A stretch of 64,000 nt of DNA from an uncultured Candidatus Micrarchaeota archaeon (GTDB taxonomy: Archaea > Micrarchaeota > Micrarchaeia > Burarchaeales > Fermentimicrarchaeaceae), in assembly GCA_963760615.1 (NCBI GenBank), contig CAVXDX010000013.1, forward strand, positions 19,826 through 83,825, in the 5' to 3' direction. The notes below the pieces were generated by a model. The model was given only the letters and a program-made list of their open reading frames with translations, made no database searches and was not told where the DNA came from. Positions 34,579-44,545 of the stretch are shown here, piece by piece. Made by a program: the position numbers and the translations under genes. Position 1 is the stretch's first letter. Every line of letters begins with the position of its first letter.

Positions 34579-36372
34579 ATGAAGAATGAAGTCATTGCCA
34601 TAATCCTTTTCGTAGTCCTGCTTTTCGCAATAATCCTATTTTTTGGCAGGGGCGGACCAGTAAACCCCGGTGGGAATAACACAACGTCATGTCCCTCAAC
34701 GTGCCAATTCGGCTGCATGCCGAACAATGTTACCTGCAAAACGCCACCCAACCTATGCGAGAATGTGACATGCAGCGACAAGTGCGAGGACAGCAACACT
34801 TTGGATACCAATGGAGAATGCAAATCTCAAACAGGAGTCTGCAGCTATAAAAAAATGGTATGCATATTCGGATGCGCGAATGACAGCTGCAGGTCAGAGC
34901 CGCTCTGCCCCCCGAACTGCCCCTTTGGATGCGAGCCAGGGACAGATATATGCATAAACCCCACCTGCCCGTCTGACTGTATCTATGGCTGCATAGCAGG
35001 GACACTGCAGTGCAACTCGGTGCCTCCAAGCAGCGGAATAAAAAACGGTGATTTTGAAGCGGGTTACATGGGCTGGAATACCACTGGAAACGCCTTCGGT
35101 TCTGAGCCCACAAATGCAGCTTTTATAAACGCGCAAACGCTTTACCGCAATGTCCCCTACTCGGGCTACAGCGGTGCCTACTTCGCCTCCAGCTACTTCC
35201 CCCAAATGGATAAGAGAGCGATGGGGAACCTCACGTCCGAGCCATTCTTCATAAACAAGAACTATCTTGAATTTCTGATCGTGGCTGACTACTCTGGGCA
35301 GGTCTACGTTGACCTTATAGTGAACGGGACAGTCGTTAGCCACATCAATCCGGATAACTCCTACCCGCCGTTCGAAAGAATCACGTGGAACGTGTCTGAA
35401 TACAGGGGACAGAGTGGAATCATAAACGTGGTGGATGCATCCAACCTTGCTTCAATAGACGTCGATGATTTTATGCTTGTCGATAAGCTCTCGATGCAAC
35501 CTGGCCAGCCATACGTCGACCTCTACAGCAACTTCTCCATAGTGCCTCCAAGAAACTGGCTCATAGTTAGCGGTGGCACCCATGGCGAAGTTCTCATCTA
35601 CGGGTCAAAGGATAACAACTTCACAACCCAGATCATAGTAATTGGCGAGAGAGTCAGTGCAAATGAGACGACTGAAACCTATTTCGCAAAAGGTAAGACC
35701 GGACTCAGGCTGCTTCTCCAGAATTACTCAATGGAATCCGAAAGCAATGTAACCCTCGGGGGCATTGACGCAAGACAGGTAGACTACGCATACACTTCAC
35801 TTGCCGCACAGCTGAAAAGCCGGGAGGTTTTCCTGGTTCATAGTGGAGTGGGTTATAGGATAAGCGCGACTGCGGCTGAAAGCTCATTCACCAGGTATCT
35901 GGATGACTTCAACAGTTCAATAAACAGTTTCAGACTAGTTTATACAAACGCCAAGTATAAATTAACTATAACCTACCCGCCTACTTGGCAGGTTTCAGAA
36001 GGGGTGCTTGGGACAACTGTTATGTTCGTAGGGCCAAAGGATGCGAATTCCACGCCAAACTGCAATGTTGTTGAGGAAGCTATCCCGCCAACCGCTACCC
36101 TTGCCGAATACGTGAACGACTCCAAAACTGCTCTCTCAAATACGTTTCCTGACTACATGCTCCTTTCAGAGAGGGACAGGTTGATAGGTCCGGAGCCGGC
36201 GCATGAGCTAGTTTCAACTTACAGCATGCTTGGAGAGCACAACGAGGTTCAGCGGGTGATAATCCTAAAAAATGGAATAGCACATGTAATCTCTTGCACT
36301 TCACCTGCAGAGCTGTTTGACAAATACGAGCCCACGTTTGAGGGTATAATAACAAGCTTTAAGGTTGGATGA
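34579..36372 (+). CDS. membrane-anchored Cys-rich protein with carbohydrate-binding-like and two PsbP-like domains
   Basis: N-terminal TM; CPxxCxFGC repeats; KNGDFEAG..GW; FSIVPPRNW and ITYPPTW PsbP/DcrB-like repeats. Confidence 0.75.
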   Translation: MKNEVIAIILFVVLLFAIILFFGRGGPVNPGGNNTTSCPSTCQFGCMPNNVTCKTPPNLCENVTCSDKCEDSNTLDTNGECKSQTGVCSYKKMVCIFGCANDSCRSEPLCPPNCPFGCEPGTDICINPTCPSDCIYGCIAGTLQCNSVPPSSGIKNGDFEAGYMGWNTTGNAFGSEPTNAAFINAQTLYRNVPYSGYSGAYFASSYFPQMDKRAMGNLTSEPFFINKNYLEFLIVADYSGQVYVDLIVNGTVVSHINPDNSYPPFERITWNVSEYRGQSGIINVVDASNLASIDVDDFMLVDKLSMQPGQPYVDLYSNFSIVPPRNWLIVSGGTHGEVLIYGSKDNNFTTQIIVIGERVSANETTETYFAKGKTGLRLLLQNYSMESESNVTLGGIDARQVDYAYTSLAAQLKSREVFLVHSGVGYRISATAAESSFTRYLDDFNSSINSFRLVYTNAKYKLTITYPPTWQVSEGVLGTTVMFVGPKDANSTPNCNVVEEAIPPTATLAEYVNDSKTALSNTFPDYMLLSERDRLIGPEPAHELVSTYSMLGEHNEVQRVIILKNGIAHVISCTSPAELFDKYEPTFEGIITSFKVG

Positions 36373-36374
36373 GG

Positions 36375-37043
36375 CTACTTTCTTGCTGCATTGGCCATAT
36401 CAAGCAGCACAGCCTTCGGGTTGCCTGCCTTCACAAATGCAGAGGCGAGCAGAACCCCGTCAGCTCCAAGCTCCACCGCCTTCCTCACATCCTCCCCGTT
36501 TGAAATGCCTGCGCCGCAGAGGACAGGAATATTCTGTATCCTCTTGACCTCTTCTACGGTGTTTCTCACCACTTCCGGCTTTGCTTTGGAGACAGATATT
36601 CCAGAGCCTATGAGCTCAGGTGGTTCCACTGCTATGAAATCAGGCTTCAAAGGTGCAATTCTCTTCGCCTCGTCAACGGAATCCGCGCAGAGAAGCGTTT
36701 TTATCCCCGCCTTCCTTGCAAGCTCTATGGTCACCTGTATCCTCTCAAGCGGTATCTTCCTCTCCGAGTGGTTGAGCAGCGTACCCTGGCAGCCTGCCTC
36801 CTTGACTGCATCTGCGGTTATGCTGCCTGTGAATGCGCCGGCTGCATTTGAATCTATGTGCTGCGCAAACACCGGTATGCTGACTGCTTTTGCAATCAGG
36901 GATAGATCCACATTCTGTGGGGCGACAATTATCCATGCGCCTGTCTCCTTTGCAACCTCCTCGGCAATCCTACAAAGCGCTAGGCCCCGCTCCCCTGTGG
37001 ATTCTTTGTAAGCTTTGAGGTTGAGCGCAATCAATGGATTCAT
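36375..37043 (-). CDS. tpiA: triosephosphate isomerase (archaeal type)
   Basis: LNLKAY, AQH, NHSER, AVEPPELIG, CGAGI, LLAS. Confidence 0.97.
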   Translation of the reverse strand: MNPLIALNLKAYKESTGERGLALCRIAEEVAKETGAWIIVAPQNVDLSLIAKAVSIPVFAQHIDSNAAGAFTGSITADAVKEAGCQGTLLNHSERKIPLERIQVTIELARKAGIKTLLCADSVDEAKRIAPLKPDFIAVEPPELIGSGISVSKAKPEVVRNTVEEVKRIQNIPVLCGAGISNGEDVRKAVELGADGVLLASAFVKAGNPKAVLLDMANAARK

Positions 37044-37151
37044 GACAACTTTTTTAAACTCCCGATATAAAAGGCTTGCGTTCCTTTAAAACTTTACTAA
37101 TTCTTGTGGATTTATAAATCAGGGCTGGGAGTTGTTTAATCTGTCAGATGT

Positions 37152-37359
37152 CATGCCAAACAGGAAGATAGTCGGAAGCTTGGTGGGTGGAACTGGGAAA
37201 GGGAAGAGAATTCCAAAGAAAATTCTTCGGAGAATGGTGTGGAAAAGGGACAAAAGTACATGTAAGCTTTGCGGGATTAAAATACGCGCTGGGGAAGATT
37301 GGGATTTGGCAGGAAGGATTACGGGGGGAGGAGTGCGGTGTGAAAATAGGAGTCACTAG
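37152..37359 (+). pseudogene. degenerate HNH endonuclease fragment
   Basis: LRRMVWKRDKSTCKLCG matches the N-terminal half of HNHc domains, but DH, N and the second CxxC are missing before an early stop. Confidence 0.5.
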
Positions 37360-37389
37360 GGCGTTCTTCATCGTCCTTGTTGGCGCATA

Positions 37390-40300
37390 CTACTTTCTCT
37401 TCTTTTTTCTTGTAGTGCTTACGATCAATATACCCCTGAGGATGAAGTAGCTTATAACTAAGCCAATTATTGCTATGAGAACCACTGCCATGGTCCACGT
37501 GTTTCCTACCGGCATCTGCTGTGTTGGTGCCATAAGAGCTGTTGTCTGGACTTGAGTGCTTGGTTTGGTTGCAGCTGCGAGGTTGATTAATGTTGAGCTT
37601 TTGTAGAATGTCGCCAGAGCCATCACTGGCTTTGTTCCGTTGTAAACAGTGAAGTTCACAGCACCTGAAGGAATCTGTATGTATCCGTATGCATCGGGCA
37701 TCTTGTAGCCTGGGTCATTGTTAAAAAGAACCTTTATATTTGCCAAATCTGATGAGTAGGCTCCACCAGTTGCTCCATATCTGTAGGTTGCACCGGAGTA
37801 ATCCAGCAGGTTAACTTTCCTGTCTGGCACGCAGTCAGCCATATAAATCCAGTTTGCATCCCCTTCAGATGTGCCAAACTTCAGGCTTTCAAAGAATGCG
37901 TCCTGAGCGTTAATCCTGCCATCTGGCCAGTTTGTTATTGTTGGGTATGGTAGGTCTTTCGCAGTGGCTCCTATCTGGTCGCACTGCATGCGTGTGCAGC
38001 CGCAGTATTGCCTGCCGCCAATAAACTGGCAGTTCGTGTCGCTCATGTTGCACCATAAATCCACTTTGAGGTAGTTCATGTTGGGTATGTTAGGGACATA
38101 AAGCTGGCCGTTTGGACCTCCTTTGAGTGCTGCTGCTGGAATTGGCGGTGTAGTGTTGTAAAATGTTATGAGAGACATAACCTCCGCCCCACCATCGCCA
38201 ATGTAGTATCCCCAAACATTGATGTGTGATGCACCTGGCGGTATTAGTATGTACCCATTTGCATCTGGAATGAATGGGTTGGAAATGTCATCGAACCACA
38301 CCATGATACGGCTTAGATTAGAGGAATATGTGCCATTCAGCCCAAGACGTCTGGTGGCAGTGGTGTTGTCGCTTTCATCAATGATCCTGTCAGGATTGAC
38401 ATCTGCCATGTAGTTGAAGTTGGACATGCCTTCGCTGCTCCCTAAAGCTCTAAGTATAATGATCATGTCACTTGAATCCACGTTCCCATCAGGCCAGTTC
38501 TTAATGCTGGGGTATGGGCTGGTTCCTCCTGCCTGGTCGCCCAAGATACGACCACAACCGTCGGTGACGGGATCCCAGCCGTTGCCCATGTTGCACCATT
38601 CCTCTATCTTCAAGCGCTTGATATTGGGAATGTTCGGAATATATGTATATCCAGTAATGTCAGTTTTAATTGCAGCCACTGGAATCCCAAATCTAGCAGG
38701 TGCGGACCAGTTTTTGCTATATGGGAGTCCGTCAGTCTGCGTTGGTGGTGTATGATCAATGAAATGTGTGGGAGTTTCGTTATAAATAAAGTAAGGAGTA
38801 TCGCAGAATCCGGTTGCTTGCGCATCTGTGCATATGTCAGAATATCCATTTCCTGATGGGTTTGTCCAGTAGTTGCCCCCCACATAATCCCCTGGCGTAT
38901 ACATCCTCCTTCCTTGCGTGAAAGCAGTATTCCAAGAGTTGTCCTGGACAAATCCTGTAAAAAGCGTGTTATTGGTGTTGTTCAGAAGGTTATTAAAGAT
39001 GGAATTCTGTACTGACGGAAAGATATATGTTGGATTTACTAATGCATCCAGTTCCGTAAGATACACGCCATACGCATTATTCTGAATTCTTGAGCCAGTG
39101 ACTGTATTGTAACCCGAACCGCTGAAAGTGATGCCGTAAGTATTTGAAGTTATGGTGTCATTGGTTATCAGATTGTAGTATGACTTCGAAAGATATATTC
39201 CATGAGTAAAATTGGTGATTACGCAGTTTTTTAACGTACCTGACATTGACTGCCAGCGGAAGTCTACTCCAATACCGGAGCCATTACCGCGTATCGTGAA
39301 CCCTCGGCAGTCCAGAGTTACATTTGAGGCAAAACCCTGTACAAACTTTACAACCGAACCTAGCTGGGATACTGTAATATTGGACATAAGGCAATAGATT
39401 ACATTGGGCTGGTTTAATGGAACTGGCATAACGGACGTATCCACCGGGATGTCACATCCTGGCGCCACAGCTGCCTTTGTTTTGCCAGAAACAACATTTG
39501 AGATGTTGGAAGCACTCCCAAAGTCATCAAAAGCTTTTATCGCAGCATAGTAGGTTGTGTTAAGTCTCAGCCCGCTTAATGCGTAGGTTTCTCCTGTTCC
39601 AGCTGGGTCTCCACTGGAATAAAAAGTTTGAGAAGTTACAGAATCGAAATTATCTTTGTTTATCGGAGACGTACTATATTTTATGAGGTAGTAGTTCACA
39701 ACTAGCCCAGCTGTTGAAACATTGGCAGCAGTCCAGTGTAGACCCATAGTGGTCCATGTGGTGTTAGCTACTGAGAGGTCCGTCACAGTGGTTGGCGGAT
39801 AAGCAGGCTGAGTAGATGACAATAAAACATACATATAATTCCCGATGTTGCAGTCGTTATAGTACAGGTTGAAGTAACCGTCACCATTCCAGTCACTGCT
39901 CCAGCTGTTCTTTATAATCCAGTATCCGCCTGTGTCGTTGTAACCTACAATCACTACTGCATGATCCTGAGCCGGGCTGACACCACCACATGTGAAGATT
40001 CCATTGCTATCAGGGTCTCCATCCATGGCAAGGTACACTGCAAGTGGTCCATAGGTTGTAAGATACTGTTTTACCATGTTAGGGGGTACGTATCCCCATG
40101 CGCTAATATTGAATAATCGGCTTCTCCAGTTTGAACATCTGTCTGAACAGAGAACTGGTGTAAACCCGCCACCAAAAAAATTGTTGCCATTAGCGTCAAC
40201 AGCTTGATATGGGAAACATCCCTCATCCACGGTGCCACTATTTTTAATATAATCAAGAGCAGGTTCGGAATTACCACCGTTGGGACAGTCACCAGCCCCG

Positions 40301-40938
40301 CTGCATGACAGAACATCCTGCTCGGAAAGGTCCGGAGTGATGGAAGAGCTGTTGTATTCTTGTATTTTCATATTCGCCTCAACAGCCCCAACTGCGGCAA
40401 AATCCCAGCAGCTGCCGCAGTCACCCTGGTCTTTAACCGGGGTCATCCAGTTGTAACCATTCACATTCCTCCAGTCAAAGTATGTGGGAAGAGTCACCTC
40501 AGAAACTGATTGTGTTGAGAATCCTGTTGCAGAAATTTTAGGTATTACGCCATGGTTCTTGGGAGTGTTTATCTGATGCGCTTTGACATCTGTAGTGAGG
40601 TTGATGAAGTAAGTCACTGGTATTCCTTTACTCTGCATCGCATGAACGCCTTTGGGGATGCAGATTGCGTTTTCGCTTTTGCCGCGGATGACTGTTTGGA
40701 TGTCATAGCCATTCTTCACGCAGTAGGAGTAGTTAGCCCCGCATTTTCCACTTAAGAAATCCCACCCGCCACATTTCTCATTGTCGGGAAGGGTGCACTG
40801 GCCAGTTTCACCTTTGGGTGTTTTTATGATGTTGTAGGTGTAGCCCATCTGCGTGCAGTAAACAGCAGCAGGGTTGGGCAGCGCAAAAGAGAGGTTTATC
40901 AATATAAGAAATACTGCAATAAGGATTAGTTTATTCAT
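37390..40938 (-). CDS. large modular secreted papain-like (C1A) cysteine protease
   Basis: Signal peptide, two DUF333-like NPAAVYC modules, QGDCGSCW / DHAVVIVGY / KNSW triad, FN3-like, NosD-like beta-helix, two dockerin-like repeats, C-terminal TM plus basic tail; start MNKLI at 40938. Confidence 0.9.
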   Translation of the reverse strand: MNKLILIAVFLILINLSFALPNPAAVYCTQMGYTYNIIKTPKGETGQCTLPDNEKCGGWDFLSGKCGANYSYCVKNGYDIQTVIRGKSENAICIPKGVHAMQSKGIPVTYFINLTTDVKAHQINTPKNHGVIPKISATGFSTQSVSEVTLPTYFDWRNVNGYNWMTPVKDQGDCGSCWDFAAVGAVEANMKIQEYNSSSITPDLSEQDVLSCSGAGDCPNGGNSEPALDYIKNSGTVDEGCFPYQAVDANGNNFFGGGFTPVLCSDRCSNWRSRLFNISAWGYVPPNMVKQYLTTYGPLAVYLAMDGDPDSNGIFTCGGVSPAQDHAVVIVGYNDTGGYWIIKNSWSSDWNGDGYFNLYYNDCNIGNYMYVLLSSTQPAYPPTTVTDLSVANTTWTTMGLHWTAANVSTAGLVVNYYLIKYSTSPINKDNFDSVTSQTFYSSGDPAGTGETYALSGLRLNTTYYAAIKAFDDFGSASNISNVVSGKTKAAVAPGCDIPVDTSVMPVPLNQPNVIYCLMSNITVSQLGSVVKFVQGFASNVTLDCRGFTIRGNGSGIGVDFRWQSMSGTLKNCVITNFTHGIYLSKSYYNLITNDTITSNTYGITFSGSGYNTVTGSRIQNNAYGVYLTELDALVNPTYIFPSVQNSIFNNLLNNTNNTLFTGFVQDNSWNTAFTQGRRMYTPGDYVGGNYWTNPSGNGYSDICTDAQATGFCDTPYFIYNETPTHFIDHTPPTQTDGLPYSKNWSAPARFGIPVAAIKTDITGYTYIPNIPNIKRLKIEEWCNMGNGWDPVTDGCGRILGDQAGGTSPYPSIKNWPDGNVDSSDMIIILRALGSSEGMSNFNYMADVNPDRIIDESDNTTATRRLGLNGTYSSNLSRIMVWFDDISNPFIPDANGYILIPPGASHINVWGYYIGDGGAEVMSLITFYNTTPPIPAAALKGGPNGQLYVPNIPNMNYLKVDLWCNMSDTNCQFIGGRQYCGCTRMQCDQIGATAKDLPYPTITNWPDGRINAQDAFFESLKFGTSEGDANWIYMADCVPDRKVNLLDYSGATYRYGATGGAYSSDLANIKVLFNNDPGYKMPDAYGYIQIPSGAVNFTVYNGTKPVMALATFYKSSTLINLAAATKPSTQVQTTALMAPTQQMPVGNTWTMAVVLIAIIGLVISYFILRGILIVSTTRKKKRK

Positions 40939-41064
40939 TGAACCACCCCTAATTGAATTGTTTATGGTTACCGTTGGATATATATCTATCTTTTGGTGGG
41001 CATATGGATTGGAAAGAGAAATAAAGAGCAAAGTGTTTTATTCTCACGATATATAAAGTTAATT

Positions 41065-42873
41065 ATGGAGGTACTGGAGAGGGAGCCTACAGAAGGAGTG
41101 GATTTTCTGCTGAGCAACGGGCAGGGCATGTTCCTCCTCCTGCCTGCGAAGCAGTGCAGGAATGAGAAGCACAGGGAGAAGGAAGTTCAGAACCCATCCA
41201 AATGGCACGGGCTCTTTCTGAGAAGCACAAAGATTGTCGAGGGATGGAACACGCGAGTTGGCGAGGTTGTGCTCTCCCCGGAAAACCAGCTCTCCTTTGC
41301 GACGGACCTCACCACAATTACAAGAAGCTTTGAGGTTGACGGAACTGAGATTCGTGAGGAGATATTCCTGCCCAATGACCTATTCTCACTGAGCATAAAG
41401 TATTCAACCAACAAACCTGTTTTAATACAACCTGAGTTTGACATACGGTTCAAGTACAGCGAGAAGGGCGGACCGTATGAGTACGCTCAGGTTGGAGGAG
41501 ATGTGCTTGTGAGTGGGCCGCTCTATGCAATGGTTGGAGGCGGCCATGCGAGGATAAATGAACATTACAGATACAAGTTCTACCCAGAGGATTGGAAGAG
41601 GAAGGACACAAGCGAAAGATGGACCTATGCCCCAGCAGAGTTTGAAACAAGCCAGCTTTTCATGGGGTTCGGAGAGAGCAAGGAAGAGGCAATCTCAAAT
41701 TTCGCCAAGATAAAAAACTACTACCTGCAACTGAAGCTTGACCGGGAAAGTGATGTTTTCTCTGTCTTTGAGAGGCACAAGCCAGAGTCTGTGAACAGGC
41801 AGCTGGCACTTGCTTACAGGCTCGCTGTGTACCAGCTTCTGAAGATGCAGCACGGCTCATTGCTCCCGGCCTCGGGGGACAGGTGGTTCGCAGGTGACGA
41901 GGGATGGGCAAGGGATGCAGCAGTATCGCTTGAAGCCTTCTTCGAACTGGGGCTATTCGACACCGCCAAAAAAATACTGGACTACTGGATTGACGAGGGC
42001 AAGCAGAGGGGTGACGGGAGGCTGCCGAACAGGATAGAGCCGCTTCTCTACAACTCAAGCGACTGCACTCTCTGGCTGCTCAGAAGGCTTGCCGAATACA
42101 TTGAGCTTACTGGCGATATGGATTTTTTCAAGCTCAAGAAACGCACCGTGAGGAAAGCCCTTGAGGGAATTGCAAGCGAATATCTCAACGTGGATGGGTT
42201 CGTCAGAAGCAATGCGTTCGAATCCTGGATGGACACCCAGTTCACACCCAGGGAGGGATTTCCCGTTGAGCTTCAGGCCCTTTTCATAAAGGACTGCATG
42301 CTTTACTCAAAGCTCTTCGAGGGAGAGTTCTCAAGCAAACTCGCAGCTCTTGGAGAGCATGCACTTGCTTCATTCAACAAGTTCAAGGTGAAATACGTCC
42401 TTGCGGGTGTTGAGAAGTCCTTCATGCTTGCGGATCTCATCAACCTTGATGGGGTGAGGGTAAACAAGCTGATGCCGAACCAGCTTATAGCAGTTGACTG
42501 CGGAATTGTTGAGAGGGAGCTTGAGAGGAGCATACTGGATATTGTGAGGGAGCACCTCGCCGGGATTGGGATAAGGTCGCTCTCTCCAGGAGAGGTTGAT
42601 TATTTTGATGAGTTCAGCGGTGACCAGAGCTACCACAGAGGTGCTCAGTGGCCCTGGCTGAACTACCTTGCCGTGAAGGCAGAGCTGCGAAACGGAAATA
42701 AAGAGCAAGCCCGTAAAATATATGTTGAGCCGCTTGCTAATGTAATACTCAACAACAACTGGGGGGGAATAAGCGAGGTGTACTCCGGGAATGGCAAGCA
42801 GTGCGCATGCCCCCACTACCAGACATGGAGCCTCGCATCGTTCATAATATCTGTGAAACAGCTCAGCAAATGA
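41065..42873 (+). CDS. amylo-alpha-1,6-glucosidase / archaeal glycogen debranching enzyme (GH133-like)
   Basis: LLSNGQG N-terminus, WARDAAVSLE, YNSSDCTLW, WMDT, PVELQAL, YHRGAQWPWL, ISEVY, QTWS. Confidence 0.88.
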   Translation: MEVLEREPTEGVDFLLSNGQGMFLLLPAKQCRNEKHREKEVQNPSKWHGLFLRSTKIVEGWNTRVGEVVLSPENQLSFATDLTTITRSFEVDGTEIREEIFLPNDLFSLSIKYSTNKPVLIQPEFDIRFKYSEKGGPYEYAQVGGDVLVSGPLYAMVGGGHARINEHYRYKFYPEDWKRKDTSERWTYAPAEFETSQLFMGFGESKEEAISNFAKIKNYYLQLKLDRESDVFSVFERHKPESVNRQLALAYRLAVYQLLKMQHGSLLPASGDRWFAGDEGWARDAAVSLEAFFELGLFDTAKKILDYWIDEGKQRGDGRLPNRIEPLLYNSSDCTLWLLRRLAEYIELTGDMDFFKLKKRTVRKALEGIASEYLNVDGFVRSNAFESWMDTQFTPREGFPVELQALFIKDCMLYSKLFEGEFSSKLAALGEHALASFNKFKVKYVLAGVEKSFMLADLINLDGVRVNKLMPNQLIAVDCGIVERELERSILDIVREHLAGIGIRSLSPGEVDYFDEFSGDQSYHRGAQWPWLNYLAVKAELRNGNKEQARKIYVEPLANVILNNNWGGISEVYSGNGKQCACPHYQTWSLASFIISVKQLSK

Positions 42874-42881
42874 ATTTTTAT

Positions 42882-42986
42882 GCCGGGGTGGCGGAATCTG
42901 GCAACGCGCCAGACTCGAGATCTGGTTGCCCTTCCGGGCAGTATGGGTTCAAACCTTAAGGTTGCCCAAAAATCCCATCCCCGGCG
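42882..42986 (+). tRNA. tRNA-Ser(CGA) with 19-nt intron in the T-loop (56/57)
   Basis: Acceptor GCCGGGG/CCCCGGC, G73, anticodon arm CCAGA-CT-CGA-GA-TCTGG, long variable arm TGCCC-TTCC-GGGCA, T-stem ATGGG/CCCAT; removing 42951-42969 restores TTCAAAT; no encoded CCA. Confidence 0.92.
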
Positions 42987-43043
42987 TTTTTGACCTTATG
43001 CTATTTATACCACTTCGCACAAAGCTCCTGCATAGGTGGGAAT

Positions 43044-43190
43044 GTGCAGAGAATATGCCCCAAATGCAACATGGAAGATGCAATAAGCATTAAGCTGCGT
43101 CTGGATGAGAAAAGCGGAGAGTACATCTGCCCTCACAACCAGGCGCATCGGTTCAGACTTAACTCCGACGGCTGGCTTGAGTCTATCTGA
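43044..43190 (+). CDS. 48-aa zinc-ribbon microprotein
   Basis: GTG start after GGTGG SD; CPKC...CPHNQAH. Confidence 0.7.
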   Translation: MQRICPKCNMEDAISIKLRLDEKSGEYICPHNQAHRFRLNSDGWLESI

Positions 43191-43860
43191 GAACCAGCTG
43201 CGTGCTGTACTGGACTACTGCATTTTTCCTTGAGTAATACTCATGGAGCTTGCGTATCAGCTCAGAACACTGTCTAACCCGCTTTTCAACATCCTCCTCC
43301 TTTTTTGGGAATAGCTCTATGGATACAAAAAACGTCCTCTTCTTCAGGTATCCTCTGAGCTCCCTCAGTCTTTCGTTAAGCTCGACTCTTCCTACGCTCG
43401 CATCGCGGAGGCTCAGCAGCACGGAGTCCATGGATACGCTGTCCGCTATCCTTTTCTGAATCTCTCTTGCAATAACAGTCACCTCGGCCTCCTCATCACC
43501 CGGAAACGCCACTGCAGAAGCCATCTCTCCACACAGACAACTTACCTCTTTCAGCTCATGGGCGCGGACCTTCACAATAGGCTTGCGGGCTTCCGATGCA
43601 TCTGGTTTAAACTGTGGGATAGGCTCGTGGCAGTTTATGCGGACTATCACGTCTGCCTTTATGTGTGAGGCGTAACTTACAAGCAGGCCCAAGGTTGCAA
43701 CCCTGTCATCAGCATCAGTCGCATAGTGCAGCGAGAACCTATCATCGTCCCTCACATCCTCGCTGAGTTTTTTTATGAATTCCTCATTACCTCCGCTGGA
43801 AACTAGGCTAATCAATGTTCTGAAATCGCGAGTGCCAACCCTAAGGGGTCTTTCGAACAC
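43183..43860 (-). CDS. hypothetical protein
   Basis: 225-aa ORF, GTG start after GGTGA SD. Confidence 0.75.
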   Translation of the reverse strand: MFERPLRVGTRDFRTLISLVSSGGNEEFIKKLSEDVRDDDRFSLHYATDADDRVATLGLLVSYASHIKADVIVRINCHEPIPQFKPDASEARKPIVKVRAHELKEVSCLCGEMASAVAFPGDEEAEVTVIAREIQKRIADSVSMDSVLLSLRDASVGRVELNERLRELRGYLKKRTFFVSIELFPKKEEDVEKRVRQCSELIRKLHEYYSRKNAVVQYSTQLVLR

Positions 43861-43950
43861 TTCAGGTCACCACCGCATTATTTAGGGAGTTCCAAGTATA
43901 AAATGGTTTACTTTACATATTGGAAGTTAGTTTCTTGCCAGATACCAGTA

Positions 43951-44448
43951 TCACTTTTTAGCTATACTACTCTTAAAGATTTTAAACTCCTCAAACGCAA
44001 CTGGGCTGAACTTCACCCACGATTTACTTGATACAAACTCTTTATAGAGGGTATAAATCAATGCAAACCAATTCAGGTCCGATGCAATGAATGTTGGAGT
44101 CATATCGCTCCTCACCAATGCGGGCTCAGCGGCTACTGCGAACTGCGCCTTGCCGCCGGAGTACACTACGAAGATTGACCTGAAAGAGCTAATGCCGTCA
44201 AACTCAGATTCCTGCTTCAGTATCACTCCGTAGCAGCGCAGCTCATCTTTCTCGCTTCTAAACGTCCCCAACTCCCATATGTGGAGAACATCCCCCCTGA
44301 ATCTCTCATTGATGCCCGCTACGACTTCGGCGTGGTTTACGCCAAGGTTGGGTTGCACAGCAGGCTCCTTCTTTGCAATTTTGTCTTCCACTGTCTTGAT
44401 AACGCCCTGCGCCGCTTTCTTCCACCAGGGTTGTTCAGTTTCCCCCAA
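43951..44448 (-). CDS. hypothetical protein
   Basis: 165-aa ORF, TTG start after GGTGGT SD. Confidence 0.7.
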   Translation of the reverse strand: MGETEQPWWKKAAQGVIKTVEDKIAKKEPAVQPNLGVNHAEVVAGINERFRGDVLHIWELGTFRSEKDELRCYGVILKQESEFDGISSFRSIFVVYSGGKAQFAVAAEPALVRSDMTPTFIASDLNWFALIYTLYKEFVSSKSWVKFSPVAFEEFKIFKSSIAKK

Positions 44449-44545
44449 ATAACCACCTTACGTGTTTACTCCACAAGGTATATAATTTATATACCATGGC
44501 ACTTATGTTCTAATAGCCGTTAATATAATCTGTGAGGTGGTCCGG

